Of a stretch of 64,000 bases of DNA, positions 1 to 8,097 are shown piece by piece; within the stretch, counting starts at the first letter, position 1, and every line of letters starts with the position of its first letter. The stretch is from Candidatus Anstonellales archaeon (GTDB lineage Archaea > Micrarchaeota > Micrarchaeia > Anstonellales > CG1-02-47-40). The notes beneath the pieces are model-generated. The model saw only the letters and a list, made by a program, of their open reading frames with translations, was not told the DNA's origin and did not search any database. A program made the translations under genes and the position numbers. The stretch is taken from NCBI GenBank assembly GCA_038869735.1, contig JAWCQO010000005.1, forward strand, positions 7,538 to 71,537. The letters run 5' to 3'.

Positions 1-1
1 G

Positions 2-523
2 AAAGTCAAGAAGGGCGAAATGATTACGGGCACCCTGTTTTCGAATTCCTCCCCACTGGGAGGTGCACGAATAGAAATTCTGACTCCGTCTTATGAGAGG
101 ATAGTAAGAACTACGGACTATAAAGGTGAAGTAAGGGTAGTTGCACTAGAAAACGGCATCTATAGGTTCTTTTATCTTGATACGCCGTATCTAGTTTTTG
201 CAGAAGATGAGGATGAGGGGTGGGAACAGCCACAGTCTGAGATAGCGGAACCTTTGCCTCCTAAAGAAGTCGGTAGCTCGGCAGAGATGGAGCAAAAAAA
301 GACAGAGTTCCCCCAGACCATACTTCTTTTTATCGGAGGGTTTATTGTCATAGTCACTTTTCTCATAGTAGCTCTGCTTTATCTTGTAAAAAAAAGGAAA
401 TTGGCATCTTCGAATGTAGGTGGGGGTAGCGAGAAGGCTTCAACGCCGCCCGAAATTGCTACTGGACGGGTTGAGCAAGTTAGAGAGGAACAAAGGCCTC
501 TGCACTCGAAGAAAAAAAAGTAA
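2..523 (+). CDS. C-terminal fragment of a larger surface-anchored protein; the 5' end lies upstream of the window. It has a single TM near the C-terminus followed by a basic cytoplasmic tail.
   Basis: The frame is open from window position 2. A hydrophobic stretch ILLFIGGFIVIVTFLIVALLYLV is followed by KKRK. The ORF ends in an A8 run. Confidence 0.5.
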   Translation, partial: KVKKGEMITGTLFSNSSPLGGARIEILTPSYERIVRTTDYKGEVRVVALENGIYRFFYLDTPYLVFAEDEDEGWEQPQSEIAEPLPPKEVGSSAEMEQKKTEFPQTILLFIGGFIVIVTFLIVALLYLVKKRKLASSNVGGGSEKASTPPEIATGRVEQVREEQRPLHSKKKK

Positions 524-542
524 AAAAGTAGACAAGCTAAAC

Positions 543-872
543 GTGATATGGTTGGGCATACTTGAACTTCTTCTTGGACAAAAAAAGAAAGGGATACCTC
601 TCGTCTGCCAAAACTGTAAGGAGAAGATAGACTCAAGTTTGGAAAGATGTCCGCGCTGTGGCGTGCATCTATCTTCAATGTTTAGAATAAAGTGTCCTCG
701 ATGTGGTGAGCCAAATGAACTTGATGCAAAGAAATGTAAGAAGTGTGGTTATAGCTTTGAAGCACCGCCTTCTCCACCTATTACAAGTGTAAGGTATACG
801 TGTCCTAGATGCGGATATGTGGCAGACTATTATATGCTGTCATGTCCAGCTTGTGGAGTGAGGTTTGTTTAG
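543..872 (+). CDS. Zinc-ribbon protein with four CPxCG-type ribbons. The start is uncertain (GTG 543 or later); the upstream part of ORF 420-872 is probably non-coding.
   Basis: Repeated C-x2-C...C-x2-C pairs: CQNCKEK..CPRCG, CPRCG..CKKCG, CPRCG..CPACG. Confidence 0.45.
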   Translation: MIWLGILELLLGQKKKGIPLVCQNCKEKIDSSLERCPRCGVHLSSMFRIKCPRCGEPNELDAKKCKKCGYSFEAPPSPPITSVRYTCPRCGYVADYYMLSCPACGVRFV

Positions 873-874
873 AG

Positions 875-1072
875 TTATTTCACTATTCGTTCTATTTCTT
901 TTGCAGTCTTTTTAAAGAGTCCTTCGGGGTCTGTGCTGTTTACTTTTCTTATAACATAGCGTGATGGCTGCCCTGCAACAAGAGAGCGACCCTTCTGCTC
1001 CAAAATTTTGGTTTCTTCCATTAGCCTATCAAAAAATTCTGCCTCTTGCATAGGTTTGTTTGCTTTCTGCAT
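875..1072 (-). CDS. Small hypothetical protein (65 aa)
   Basis: ORF only; no family recognised. Confidence 0.35.
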   Translation of the reverse strand: MQKANKPMQEAEFFDRLMEETKILEQKGRSLVAGQPSRYVIRKVNSTDPEGLFKKTAKEIERIVK

Positions 1073-1126
1073 AGATAACGCTTCTTGCGCATGTCTATTT
1101 ATTTATTTGCATGAGAAATTTTTGGT

Positions 1127-1444
1127 ATGCTGCTAAAAATTCATGTTGTAGGAGGAAAGAAGGTTGTTGCTGTCTGCGACTCTGAGCTGGTTGGTAAGAA
1201 ATTTGTTGAGGGCCACATCTCTCTTGATTTGGAACGGTGCCGCTCATTTTACGATGGAGAAAAAATCTCTGATACTCAAAGGATAGTTTTTGCAATAAAG
1301 GAGGCGCAATCTGCAAATCTTGTAGGACACCGTTGCGTTGAAGTCGCAAAAAAAGCAGGATTAATAACTGATGATGATGTGTTTTTTATATCCGGAGTGC
1401 CGCATGTGATTTTGTACAATCTTTCCGTTATTGCCAAAAAATGA
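1127..1444 (+). CDS. DUF424-family archaeal protein
   Basis: Motifs KIHVVGGKKVVAVCDSELVGK ... GEKISD ... NLVGHRCVEVAKKAGLI ... ISGVPH match the DUF424/COG2412 pattern. Confidence 0.7.
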   Translation: MLLKIHVVGGKKVVAVCDSELVGKKFVEGHISLDLERCRSFYDGEKISDTQRIVFAIKEAQSANLVGHRCVEVAKKAGLITDDDVFFISGVPHVILYNLSVIAKK

Positions 1445-1492
1445 GACGAAAAGTTTCAGAAATACAAGAATTGTTAAACATAAAAATTAAAA

Positions 1493-1930
1493 TTGTATCT
1501 AGGGAAACTAATTCTGGGGAGGGGGATGAAACATATTGTTATTGTTGTTGATGACAGACCGGGCGTACTTGCGGACATATCCTATTTGCTTGGAAAGTCA
1601 AAAATCAACATGGAAAATGTGAGTGTTGAAGTAGTAGGTGGAAAGGGGATAATTCATATTTTCTTGAAGGATGACACAAAAGCCCGAAAGATACTTACTA
1701 TAAATGGGTATAATGTGATATCTCCAGAGCACATTGTTCTTAGACTTGAAAACAAGCCGGGAGAATGGGCAAAGGCTGCCGGTCTTTTGAAAAAAGAGAA
1801 GATAAACATCCTAAACGTTCAGCTTCTTACAAAAGGGAGAACTCATCATATTTACTCTTTGATAACTGACAACAACAAGAAAGCGGAAAAGGTACTTTCA
1901 TCTTATCTTTGGCTTGAGGATGTGCCCTGA
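1493..1930 (+). CDS. ACT-domain protein (two ACT-like halves)
   Basis: IVIVVDDRPGVLADISYLLGKSKINMENVSVEV and a second half LRLENKPGEWAKAAGLL..INILNVQL. The true start is probably the Met at about 1526. Confidence 0.6.
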   Translation: MYLGKLILGRGMKHIVIVVDDRPGVLADISYLLGKSKINMENVSVEVVGGKGIIHIFLKDDTKARKILTINGYNVISPEHIVLRLENKPGEWAKAAGLLKKEKINILNVQLLTKGRTHHIYSLITDNNKKAEKVLSSYLWLEDVP

Positions 1931-1954
1931 TGCGTTGGGTTTGACCAATAAAAC

Positions 1955-2992
1955 TTAAATTTCGAGGTAGGCTTTTTTCTCGCCTCTTGCCCTTGCCTCT
2001 TCTATCTTCTTCTCTGCAGAATCAAAATTTTCGTAGATGGCTTTTGCGAATGCAGAATTTTTCGCTATTTCTTTCTCAAGCTTTCGCACTTCTTCTTCTT
2101 GCACTTCGATTCGCCGCGATAACTTTTTTATTTGTTCTTCAAGTTCTTCTTCTTTTTTATCTTTCTCTTGTAAGATTGCAATATAATATTCATCGGCTGC
2201 TTCGGAGAGCGTTTCTGTTTCTCTTCTTTCAAACTTGCCCTCGAGGATAGACAGTTTTGCAGCAGAAAATTGGATAGGTGTGTTTTGTGTATCGAGGTAT
2301 ATTGCGGGATCGTCTTCGGCTCTAATTAAACTGATGTTTTGCAACAGCCTCATAAGTCTGCTTTCATCAATGGTGGATGCATCTTCTCTTTCTTCGATAC
2401 CCGAGCGAGCAAGGACCTCTCGTATATATAAAGTTCCTAGAGGTATCTTTGAAAAATTAGCGATTGCATATTTTTTTTCGACTTCCATTTTTAGTTCTTC
2501 AAGTGTTGGGTTTGGAGAAACGTGAGTTGTCGGTGGGAGGGTGTATTTTCTGCCAGGCAGAAGCTCGCGCTCGTTCCATATTCTCTGCTCAAACGCCCTT
2601 ATTATAGTTTGGTTCTCATCAATTAGTATAAGGTTTCCTTGTCCAAACATTTCCAGAATTAAATGATAGTTTCCTTCCTTTCCAGAAATTGTAAATTCAA
2701 CTATTCGGTCATTTCTGATTTGTTGTATGGACTCCACTTTACGGCCTCGCAACCTTGAACGAAGAAGCATAACTAAGTTTGACGGCTGTGGTGACGTTTT
2801 AGGTATGTACTTTGTCTCATGAAGGCGAAGGCCAAGGGTGCAAACAATATCTGCCTTACCAATTCTAAGGCGGAAAGTCTTGTCACCAGTTTGGTATATG
2901 TTATCAAGGCGACAGCCACATAGATGATGGAGCTCAGAGCATATCCTTGCATACTCCAGATTCTCCATTTGGCGTGCAATCATAAAGAGCAT
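1955..2992 (-). CDS. Hypothetical protein with a C-terminal K/E-rich coiled coil. The N-terminus is weakly NFACT-N-like.
   Basis: N-terminal LDNIYQTGDKTFRLRIGKADIVCTLG. The C-terminus is a heptad-like EEELEEQIKKLSRRIEVQEEEVRKLEKEI stretch. Its start overlaps the infB stop. Confidence 0.4.
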   Translation of the reverse strand: MLFMIARQMENLEYARICSELHHLCGCRLDNIYQTGDKTFRLRIGKADIVCTLGLRLHETKYIPKTSPQPSNLVMLLRSRLRGRKVESIQQIRNDRIVEFTISGKEGNYHLILEMFGQGNLILIDENQTIIRAFEQRIWNERELLPGRKYTLPPTTHVSPNPTLEELKMEVEKKYAIANFSKIPLGTLYIREVLARSGIEEREDASTIDESRLMRLLQNISLIRAEDDPAIYLDTQNTPIQFSAAKLSILEGKFERRETETLSEAADEYYIAILQEKDKKEEELEEQIKKLSRRIEVQEEEVRKLEKEIAKNSAFAKAIYENFDSAEKKIEEARARGEKKAYLEI

Positions 2993-4731
2993 TAGAGATA
3001 TTTTCCTTTTAATATTGATATTATTTCACTTAAGATGGCAGAATCCGAACGAGGTAGAATATCCTTCACCTTCAAGAGCTTATTCTGGGCTTCGTCATTG
3101 AGGTGCGTATAGAGAATATCGCCTTCTCTGATTTCCTTCCCAACTTCAGTTCCATCAACAGATATTGCAACTTGCTCTCCTGCCTCTGCAGAATTCACGT
3201 CTTGTCTATCCTTTTCGATGCCCCCAACTTCGCCAATCCGTCTTCCTGCACTATCCATAAGGACTGCTCGCCTCACAAGCTTTCCTCCGAGTACTTCGAT
3301 ACCGAATATCGCTGGACTACTTTTTCTAAATATATATCCTGGAAGTATTTTCAGCTTTGCAGGATAAATGGCCTCTTGGAGAATTCTTTGGCGCTCCTTT
3401 TGTTTTACTTTTTCAACCCATTTTTTATAATTTTCAACAAGAGAATAAATCACATTGTCCAACATAATTTCAACCCCGGACCCGTCGCTCTCGTCCTTGA
3501 CCCCAAAACCTAAAACAACACCAAGAAGTGGGTCGTAAAATGCTGATGCTTTTGCAAGCATTGCGTCTTTTTTTGTAATGTTGCCAACGCCTGCCTTTTT
3601 TACGGCAATTCCTTCATTTGAGATTATTTTTAAGAGCGCCTCGAGGGAGCCAAGAGTGTCTGCTTTGACTACTATTCCGGCAGAGTCATTCTCGAAAAGT
3701 ATCCTTTTCACTTGGGATGAAATTCTCTCTTGTGCAATTTCTTGCTCTTCTGGAGTATTTGCAACGACAAGAGGAGAACCAGGAATTGCGTCTTCAAGTC
3801 CACTTGCAAATATTTTTATTCCACAGGCTGCTCTAACCTCATTTGGGTATTCATATTTTTCGGCTTGGTTTGTGTGTTGGCTTTTTGGCTTGATTATTGC
3901 CCTCACGCTTGTCTTTGCGCAACCTTGAGTTGTTCCAAATAGAATCGTGTCGTTTTTGCGTAAAATGCCTCTGTAGAGAATAACGTCGATTGTTGTTCCC
4001 AACCCACGTTCCTCTCCGACTTCTAGGATGCTTCCTTCGCCCTTTTCTTCATTACCAATAGAGAGCTCACGCTCCAAGAACTTCTGTGAAAGCCCTGAAA
4101 GAAGGAGAAGTAACTCTAAGATTCCTTCCTCAGTCTTTGAGGATATAGGCACTATTACGACTGTTTTTGTAAAATCGGTGACTCTATCAAAGCGCTCGGA
4201 ATTTATCCCAAACTCAGATATCTGACTGATTATTTTATAAAGCTTCTCATCTAGTTGGGCGATTGTTCGGTCAGTTTGTTCTCGAAGACTATCTGCGATA
4301 CATCTTCCAGCGCGAGGTATCCAGCCATTTAATGTATCCACCTTGGTTGCTGCAACTAAAAAAGGTGTTTTGTATTGTGAGAGTATTTTTATGCTTTCAA
4401 TGGTTTGTGGTTGCACGCCTTCGTTTATATCAACAACAAGTATGGCAATATCCGCAATGCTTCCCCCTCTTTCCCTCAGGTTGGTGAATGCTTCATGGCC
4501 AGGAGTGTCTATAAATAGAAGACCTGGGATTTTGATTTCTATATTCATCCTTTCTAAAGCAGGCCCGCAAATATCTTTTATTGTGGTTATTGAGACCTCG
4601 CTTGCGCCAATATGTTGTGTGATTGCTCCGGCTTCCTTTTTTTGGATGGAAGTCCTTCTTATTGAGTCGAGTAAGCTTGTTTTTCCATGGTCAACATGAC
4701 CAAGAACGCAAACGATTGGTTGTCTTAACAT
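2992..4731 (-). CDS. infB: Translation initiation factor aIF-2 / eIF5B
   Basis: G1 motif VLGHVDHGKTSLLD, G3 DTPGHEAF, NKVD-type G4; the 579-aa length fits archaeal aIF5B. Confidence 0.9.
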   Translation of the reverse strand: MLRQPIVCVLGHVDHGKTSLLDSIRRTSIQKKEAGAITQHIGASEVSITTIKDICGPALERMNIEIKIPGLLFIDTPGHEAFTNLRERGGSIADIAILVVDINEGVQPQTIESIKILSQYKTPFLVAATKVDTLNGWIPRAGRCIADSLREQTDRTIAQLDEKLYKIISQISEFGINSERFDRVTDFTKTVVIVPISSKTEEGILELLLLLSGLSQKFLERELSIGNEEKGEGSILEVGEERGLGTTIDVILYRGILRKNDTILFGTTQGCAKTSVRAIIKPKSQHTNQAEKYEYPNEVRAACGIKIFASGLEDAIPGSPLVVANTPEEQEIAQERISSQVKRILFENDSAGIVVKADTLGSLEALLKIISNEGIAVKKAGVGNITKKDAMLAKASAFYDPLLGVVLGFGVKDESDGSGVEIMLDNVIYSLVENYKKWVEKVKQKERQRILQEAIYPAKLKILPGYIFRKSSPAIFGIEVLGGKLVRRAVLMDSAGRRIGEVGGIEKDRQDVNSAEAGEQVAISVDGTEVGKEIREGDILYTHLNDEAQNKLLKVKDILPRSDSAILSEIISILKGKYL

Positions 4732-5261
4732 TTTGCACCAACGCCTTTGCCTTTGGCTCTGTTTTCTTTCATATAGACTCCTTGGTATCCTTGTTCGGCG
4801 CTTTTCTCAAGTTTTAGAAGGATCAGTTGCACCAATCTTGCATTTTTCTCAAGCCAAATCCCATTTTCATTTGCTACTACAAGAAGAGATTCGCTTCTTC
4901 CCTCATAACCCGGATCCCAAACCGCGCAATGAATAAATGCTCCGCATCTAAGAAGACTTGAACGTGGAAATGCAAGGCCTATGCAACCGGTTGGAATTTT
5001 TATATATTCGTTATATACTATTTTGTAACATCCTTTATTCAGTTTGAGCTTTTCCTTTTTTGAGAAAGCTACTTTCTCTGTTGGAGCAAGGCGTCTGTTT
5101 TTATTCCAAAAGTCAATTACACCTGAGCCCTTAAATTTATACACGTCCCTGAGGCTCAAATCGATGCCTCCAGGCTGAAATTGAATTGCATCTAGATAAT
5201 CACTTGCGATTCCGCTCTTTGAAATTGTCTTTCCGAGGATAACCGCCATCTTTTCACCCAA
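4725..5261 (-). CDS. dcd: dCTP deaminase / dUTPase-superfamily protein
   Basis: GIDLSLRD, IPTGCIGLAFPRSSLLRCG, AVWDPGYEGRSESLLVVAN and LVQLIL fit the Dcd/Dut fold motifs. Confidence 0.75.
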   Translation of the reverse strand: MGEKMAVILGKTISKSGIASDYLDAIQFQPGGIDLSLRDVYKFKGSGVIDFWNKNRRLAPTEKVAFSKKEKLKLNKGCYKIVYNEYIKIPTGCIGLAFPRSSLLRCGAFIHCAVWDPGYEGRSESLLVVANENGIWLEKNARLVQLILLKLEKSAEQGYQGVYMKENRAKGKGVGAKC

Positions 5262-5372
5262 CTTTTCGCCTGAGTTTGTTTTTTGTTGCTACGAAACTTG
5301 CTTCATTTGCAACTTTGCGTTTGAAAAACGTATCTTTGGAAGAATGATTGATTGGTAAAATTCTTTGGATTC

Positions 5373-5855
5373 TTATTTTTTGCTTTCTTCTTGTAGATAG
5401 TCAGCCAAGCCAATTTCCCTTGCCGTTAAGTAGTTGTGTAGCTCGTCCTTTCTGAAGAATTTTTTAATTTCCGTTTCCGCAGTTTTGGGTGAATCAGACG
5501 CGTGGATTATATTGCACTGTATTGATAGCGAGAAATCGCCACGTATGGTTCCGGGTGCAGCGTTTCTTGGGTTTGTCGGCCCGCACATTTCTCTAACCAC
5601 CCTCACGCATTCCTTGCCCTCAAGAACTGCAACGATGACGGGTGCAGATTTCATGAACTTCTTTATGCTTGAAAAAAAGGGTTTGTTTTTCAAGTGCGCA
5701 TAATGCTCATCCAAAAGAGAGTCTTCAAGGCGCATCATTTTCATTGCGATAATCTTTAGTCCTCGTCTCTCAAATCTTCTGATGACTTCTCCAACAAACC
5801 CTCCAATCAGGCAGTCCGGTTTAAGGATGATAAGTGTCTGCTCGTTTTCTTCCAT
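5373..5855 (-). CDS. ndk: Nucleoside diphosphate kinase
   Basis: ERTLIILKPD, RGLKIIAMKMM, NIIHASDS (active-site His region). Confidence 0.9.
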   Translation of the reverse strand: MEENEQTLIILKPDCLIGGFVGEVIRRFERRGLKIIAMKMMRLEDSLLDEHYAHLKNKPFFSSIKKFMKSAPVIVAVLEGKECVRVVREMCGPTNPRNAAPGTIRGDFSLSIQCNIIHASDSPKTAETEIKKFFRKDELHNYLTAREIGLADYLQEESKK

Positions 5856-5877
5856 CTAAACCCCCTAGGTCTTTGAA

Positions 5878-6048
5878 TTATTTCTTTTTCTTCTTTGCAC
5901 GTGTCCATTTTAGTCGTCTTCCAATGCGTCCCATCTGCCAGCTTCTAAATTCTTTTCTGTTCAAAAAATAAAGTACGGTGCCATCTTTTTTTACGTACAT
6001 GAGGCCGGTCCCTTTTGGAATCTCCTTTCCAGAAAAGCTTGAGCGCAT
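5878..6048 (-). CDS. rpl24e: Ribosomal protein L24e (56 aa). This variant lacks the zinc-binding cysteines. It is absent from the ORF track because it is under 60 aa.
   Basis: Manual translation gives MRSSFSGKEIPKGTGLMYVKKDGTVLYFLNRKEFRSWQMGRIGRRLKWTRAKKKKK. It matches the L24e pattern GTG.M.V.KDG..FCS.KC...R.P..L.WT with Cys replaced by Ser/Leu. It sits between S28e and ndk. Confidence 0.7.
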   Translation of the reverse strand: MRSSFSGKEIPKGTGLMYVKKDGTVLYFLNRKEFRSWQMGRIGRRLKWTRAKKKKK

Positions 6049-6053
6049 CTTTT

Positions 6054-6275
6054 CTACCTCGCTTTAATCTCTTTTGCCTCTCGTTCGGTTTCAAGCAGTA
6101 GAATTATGTCTCCTACTTTTACTGGTCCTTTAACGTTTCTCCTAATAACGCGTCCCTTATCTTTTCCAGATAATACTTTACACATGACTTGGTTAACTTC
6201 TCCGTGAATGCCTGTTCGACCGCGTATCTGTACTATTTCTACAGGTATTGGCTCAGAACCTTCAGACATAATCAT
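6054..6275 (-). CDS. rps28e: Ribosomal protein S28e
   Basis: [56 protein letters not shown]. Confidence 0.85.
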   Translation of the reverse strand: MIMSEGSEPIPVEIVQIRGRTGIHGEVNQVMCKVLSGKDKGRVIRRNVKGPVKVGDIILLLETEREAKEIKAR

Positions 6276-6308
6276 ACACCACTATTTGTTTGTTTTAGTT
6301 TGTCGGTT

Positions 6309-6815
6309 TCAAGACGGTGCTGCTGGTGAGTCTTCCTTCTTTTTTGGTTTTTTGGGTTTTTTGGGTTTTTTTGCTTCGGCTTGTGGCTGTTCTTCGACCG
6401 GCTTTTGCTCTTCTTTTTTCTCTTCAGACTTCTTTTTTGGAAGTAATGGGTCGAGAGCTTCTCGTATATCTCGGACAATCTCTGAAGACTGACCTTCCTG
6501 TTCAATAGCAACACAGGAGCAGGGTACATCAAGGCCTGCGGCACTGCCAAGCTCCTTCTTTGTCGGAAGATAGCAGTAATAGACTCCTTTCTCTTCGCAG
6601 AGGAGTGGGATGTGAAGGACTATTTCCTCCGGATCTACATCCTCTGCCATGACAACAAGGGATGGATTAGACGCTTCTATGCTTTTTGTAACCTCGTTGA
6701 TTCCCTTTCTAATTCTTCCGCTCTCCTTTGCAACTGAAACGGCTTGTTTTATTTTATCCAAAATGGTTTTTGGGGTTTCAAACTTGACGTAATTTTTTCC
6801 CATACGACCTTTCAC
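6309..6815 (-). CDS. rpl7ae: Ribosomal protein L7Ae (also the C/D and H/ACA RNP K-turn binder) with an about 45-aa Lys/Pro-rich C-terminal tail
   Basis: GINEVTKSIEASNPSLVVMAEDVDPEEIVLHIPLLCEEKGVYYCYLPTKKELGSAAGL. The tail is KKPKKPKKPKKK. The start is probably the Met at MGKNYVKFETP. Confidence 0.85.
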   Translation of the reverse strand: MKGRMGKNYVKFETPKTILDKIKQAVSVAKESGRIRKGINEVTKSIEASNPSLVVMAEDVDPEEIVLHIPLLCEEKGVYYCYLPTKKELGSAAGLDVPCSCVAIEQEGQSSEIVRDIREALDPLLPKKKSEEKKEEQKPVEEQPQAEAKKPKKPKKPKKKEDSPAAPS

Positions 6816-6907
6816 CTCACCGCTGTCTAGATGGCGGCATCATTGGCCTTATTTGTAAGAATAAGTGCCCGGTTTATCTTCTTTTTGTCAGGCCTTCCTT
6901 TAAAAGC

Positions 6908-7291
6908 TTATTTATATATCTTTGCCAGAATTGCGCCTCCGATTGCAGAGAGGATAGGAGATATAATTAGACTTGCAAAAAATATGGCAACCCCACTAAA
7001 AAGCGGGTTGAATCTGAGTCCAAGAGCTGGAAAAAGGAAAAGAGGATAGATTATGCCAGCTAAAAATCCTCCAAGTATGCCAGCAACAAAACCTCCCATG
7101 GCTCCAATAACTGCGCCGTCTTTTGTTGATATTGGTCCACCATATTGAAACCGCAGTGCACTTGAGGATACTGCTCCTCCAATTATGTAAGGAATAAAGC
7201 AACAGACGCTTCCAGCGATTCCGCCGCTAAGTCCGCCTAAAACAACAGAAATGCCTCGTTGTACATTGTCACCGGCTTCAATTATGTGCAT
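6908..7291 (-). CDS. Gly-rich small membrane protein
   Basis: Hydrophobic, Gly-rich segments; no family call. Confidence 0.4.
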   Translation of the reverse strand: MHIIEAGDNVQRGISVVLGGLSGGIAGSVCCFIPYIIGGAVSSSALRFQYGGPISTKDGAVIGAMGGFVAGILGGFLAGIIYPLFLFPALGLRFNPLFSGVAIFFASLIISPILSAIGGAILAKIYK

Positions 7292-7325
7292 AAAAAATCA
7301 ACCTTTGCTAAAGAATCTGGAGATT

Positions 7326-7700
7326 TTATAGATTTATTTTTATAAATTCACCCTCCCCTTTTGCAATCTTGTATGCATCAGCTATTATTGCAACAGCGAA
7401 CCCGACTAATAATAAAAAAACAACAAAAGGAATGCAACATAGAGCCCCAATTCCAAGTAAAGGGGATGCCACACTGACAAGTGAGTAGATAATTGCCCCT
7501 ATAACTAGAGCGAGTAGATAAATTATGTTTAGGACAATTCCACGTTTTATTCTTCTGATATAAATGTGCCCCAGGGCAGGGAACAAACCAAAAAGAAGAA
7601 ACCCAACGATGCCAATAAAAAGTGTAACTGTCGGGTCGTGGGGAGTAGCCCCCCTTTCTGTTGTTTTTGTCTTATTCATCTTAGCATCTTTTGATTTCAA
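7326..7700 (-). CDS. Small membrane protein (3 predicted TM)
   Basis: Hydrophobic segments; no family call. Confidence 0.4.
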   Translation of the reverse strand: MKSKDAKMNKTKTTERGATPHDPTVTLFIGIVGFLLFGLFPALGHIYIRRIKRGIVLNIIYLLALVIGAIIYSLVSVASPLLGIGALCCIPFVVFLLLVGFAVAIIADAYKIAKGEGEFIKINL

Positions 7701-8097
7701 TAGTTATATAAACGTTTTGGGGACCTTTAAGATAAGTTGTTGAGGTTTTGTGGTTTGTAGCTGGAGCGTTTCCGCAAGCTTAGTCTTTTTTTTGATGAGA
7801 CTTTGAGTATAAGATAGTGCAAGATAGTGCATGAGTTCTTGAGGAGGAAATGTTCGGATGCGAAGCGGATGTTGCGAGTTGTTGTTTGACTTTAGCTTGG
7901 ACAGACGTTGGGGGTGTGTTTTGCTCTATGTTTGTTGGGTTGATTTGTTAAGTTATGTTAGATATTTGTCAAGTTCGAATCGTTTTCGGGAGCAGGCTCT
8001 ATGATTTTTTTCTAATATGGTTGAATTTTCTAAGGATTAGACCACATAAGCTATTGATAACGCTTCCAGAATCCGAACATTTAGATGACTGCAATTT

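Noticed and set aside
420-545. Upstream part of ORF 420-872 (MGVARRLQRRPKLLLDG...)
   Set aside because: It overlaps the end of ORF 2-523 in another frame and has no zinc-ribbon content. The zinc-ribbon protein probably starts near 543 or is a frameshifted continuation of the upstream ORF.
1095-1349. 84-aa ORF antisense to the DUF424 gene
   Set aside because: It overlaps a gene with a clear family signature on the opposite strand and is most likely a shadow ORF.
4263-4817. Several 64-118 aa ORFs antisense within infB and dcd
   Set aside because: They are shadow ORFs inside high-confidence genes.
6335-6380. ttttttggttttttgggttttttgg periodic DNA repeat
   Set aside because: It lies inside the L7Ae ORF and simply encodes the KKPKKPKKP tail on the minus strand. 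It is not an independent regulatory repeat.
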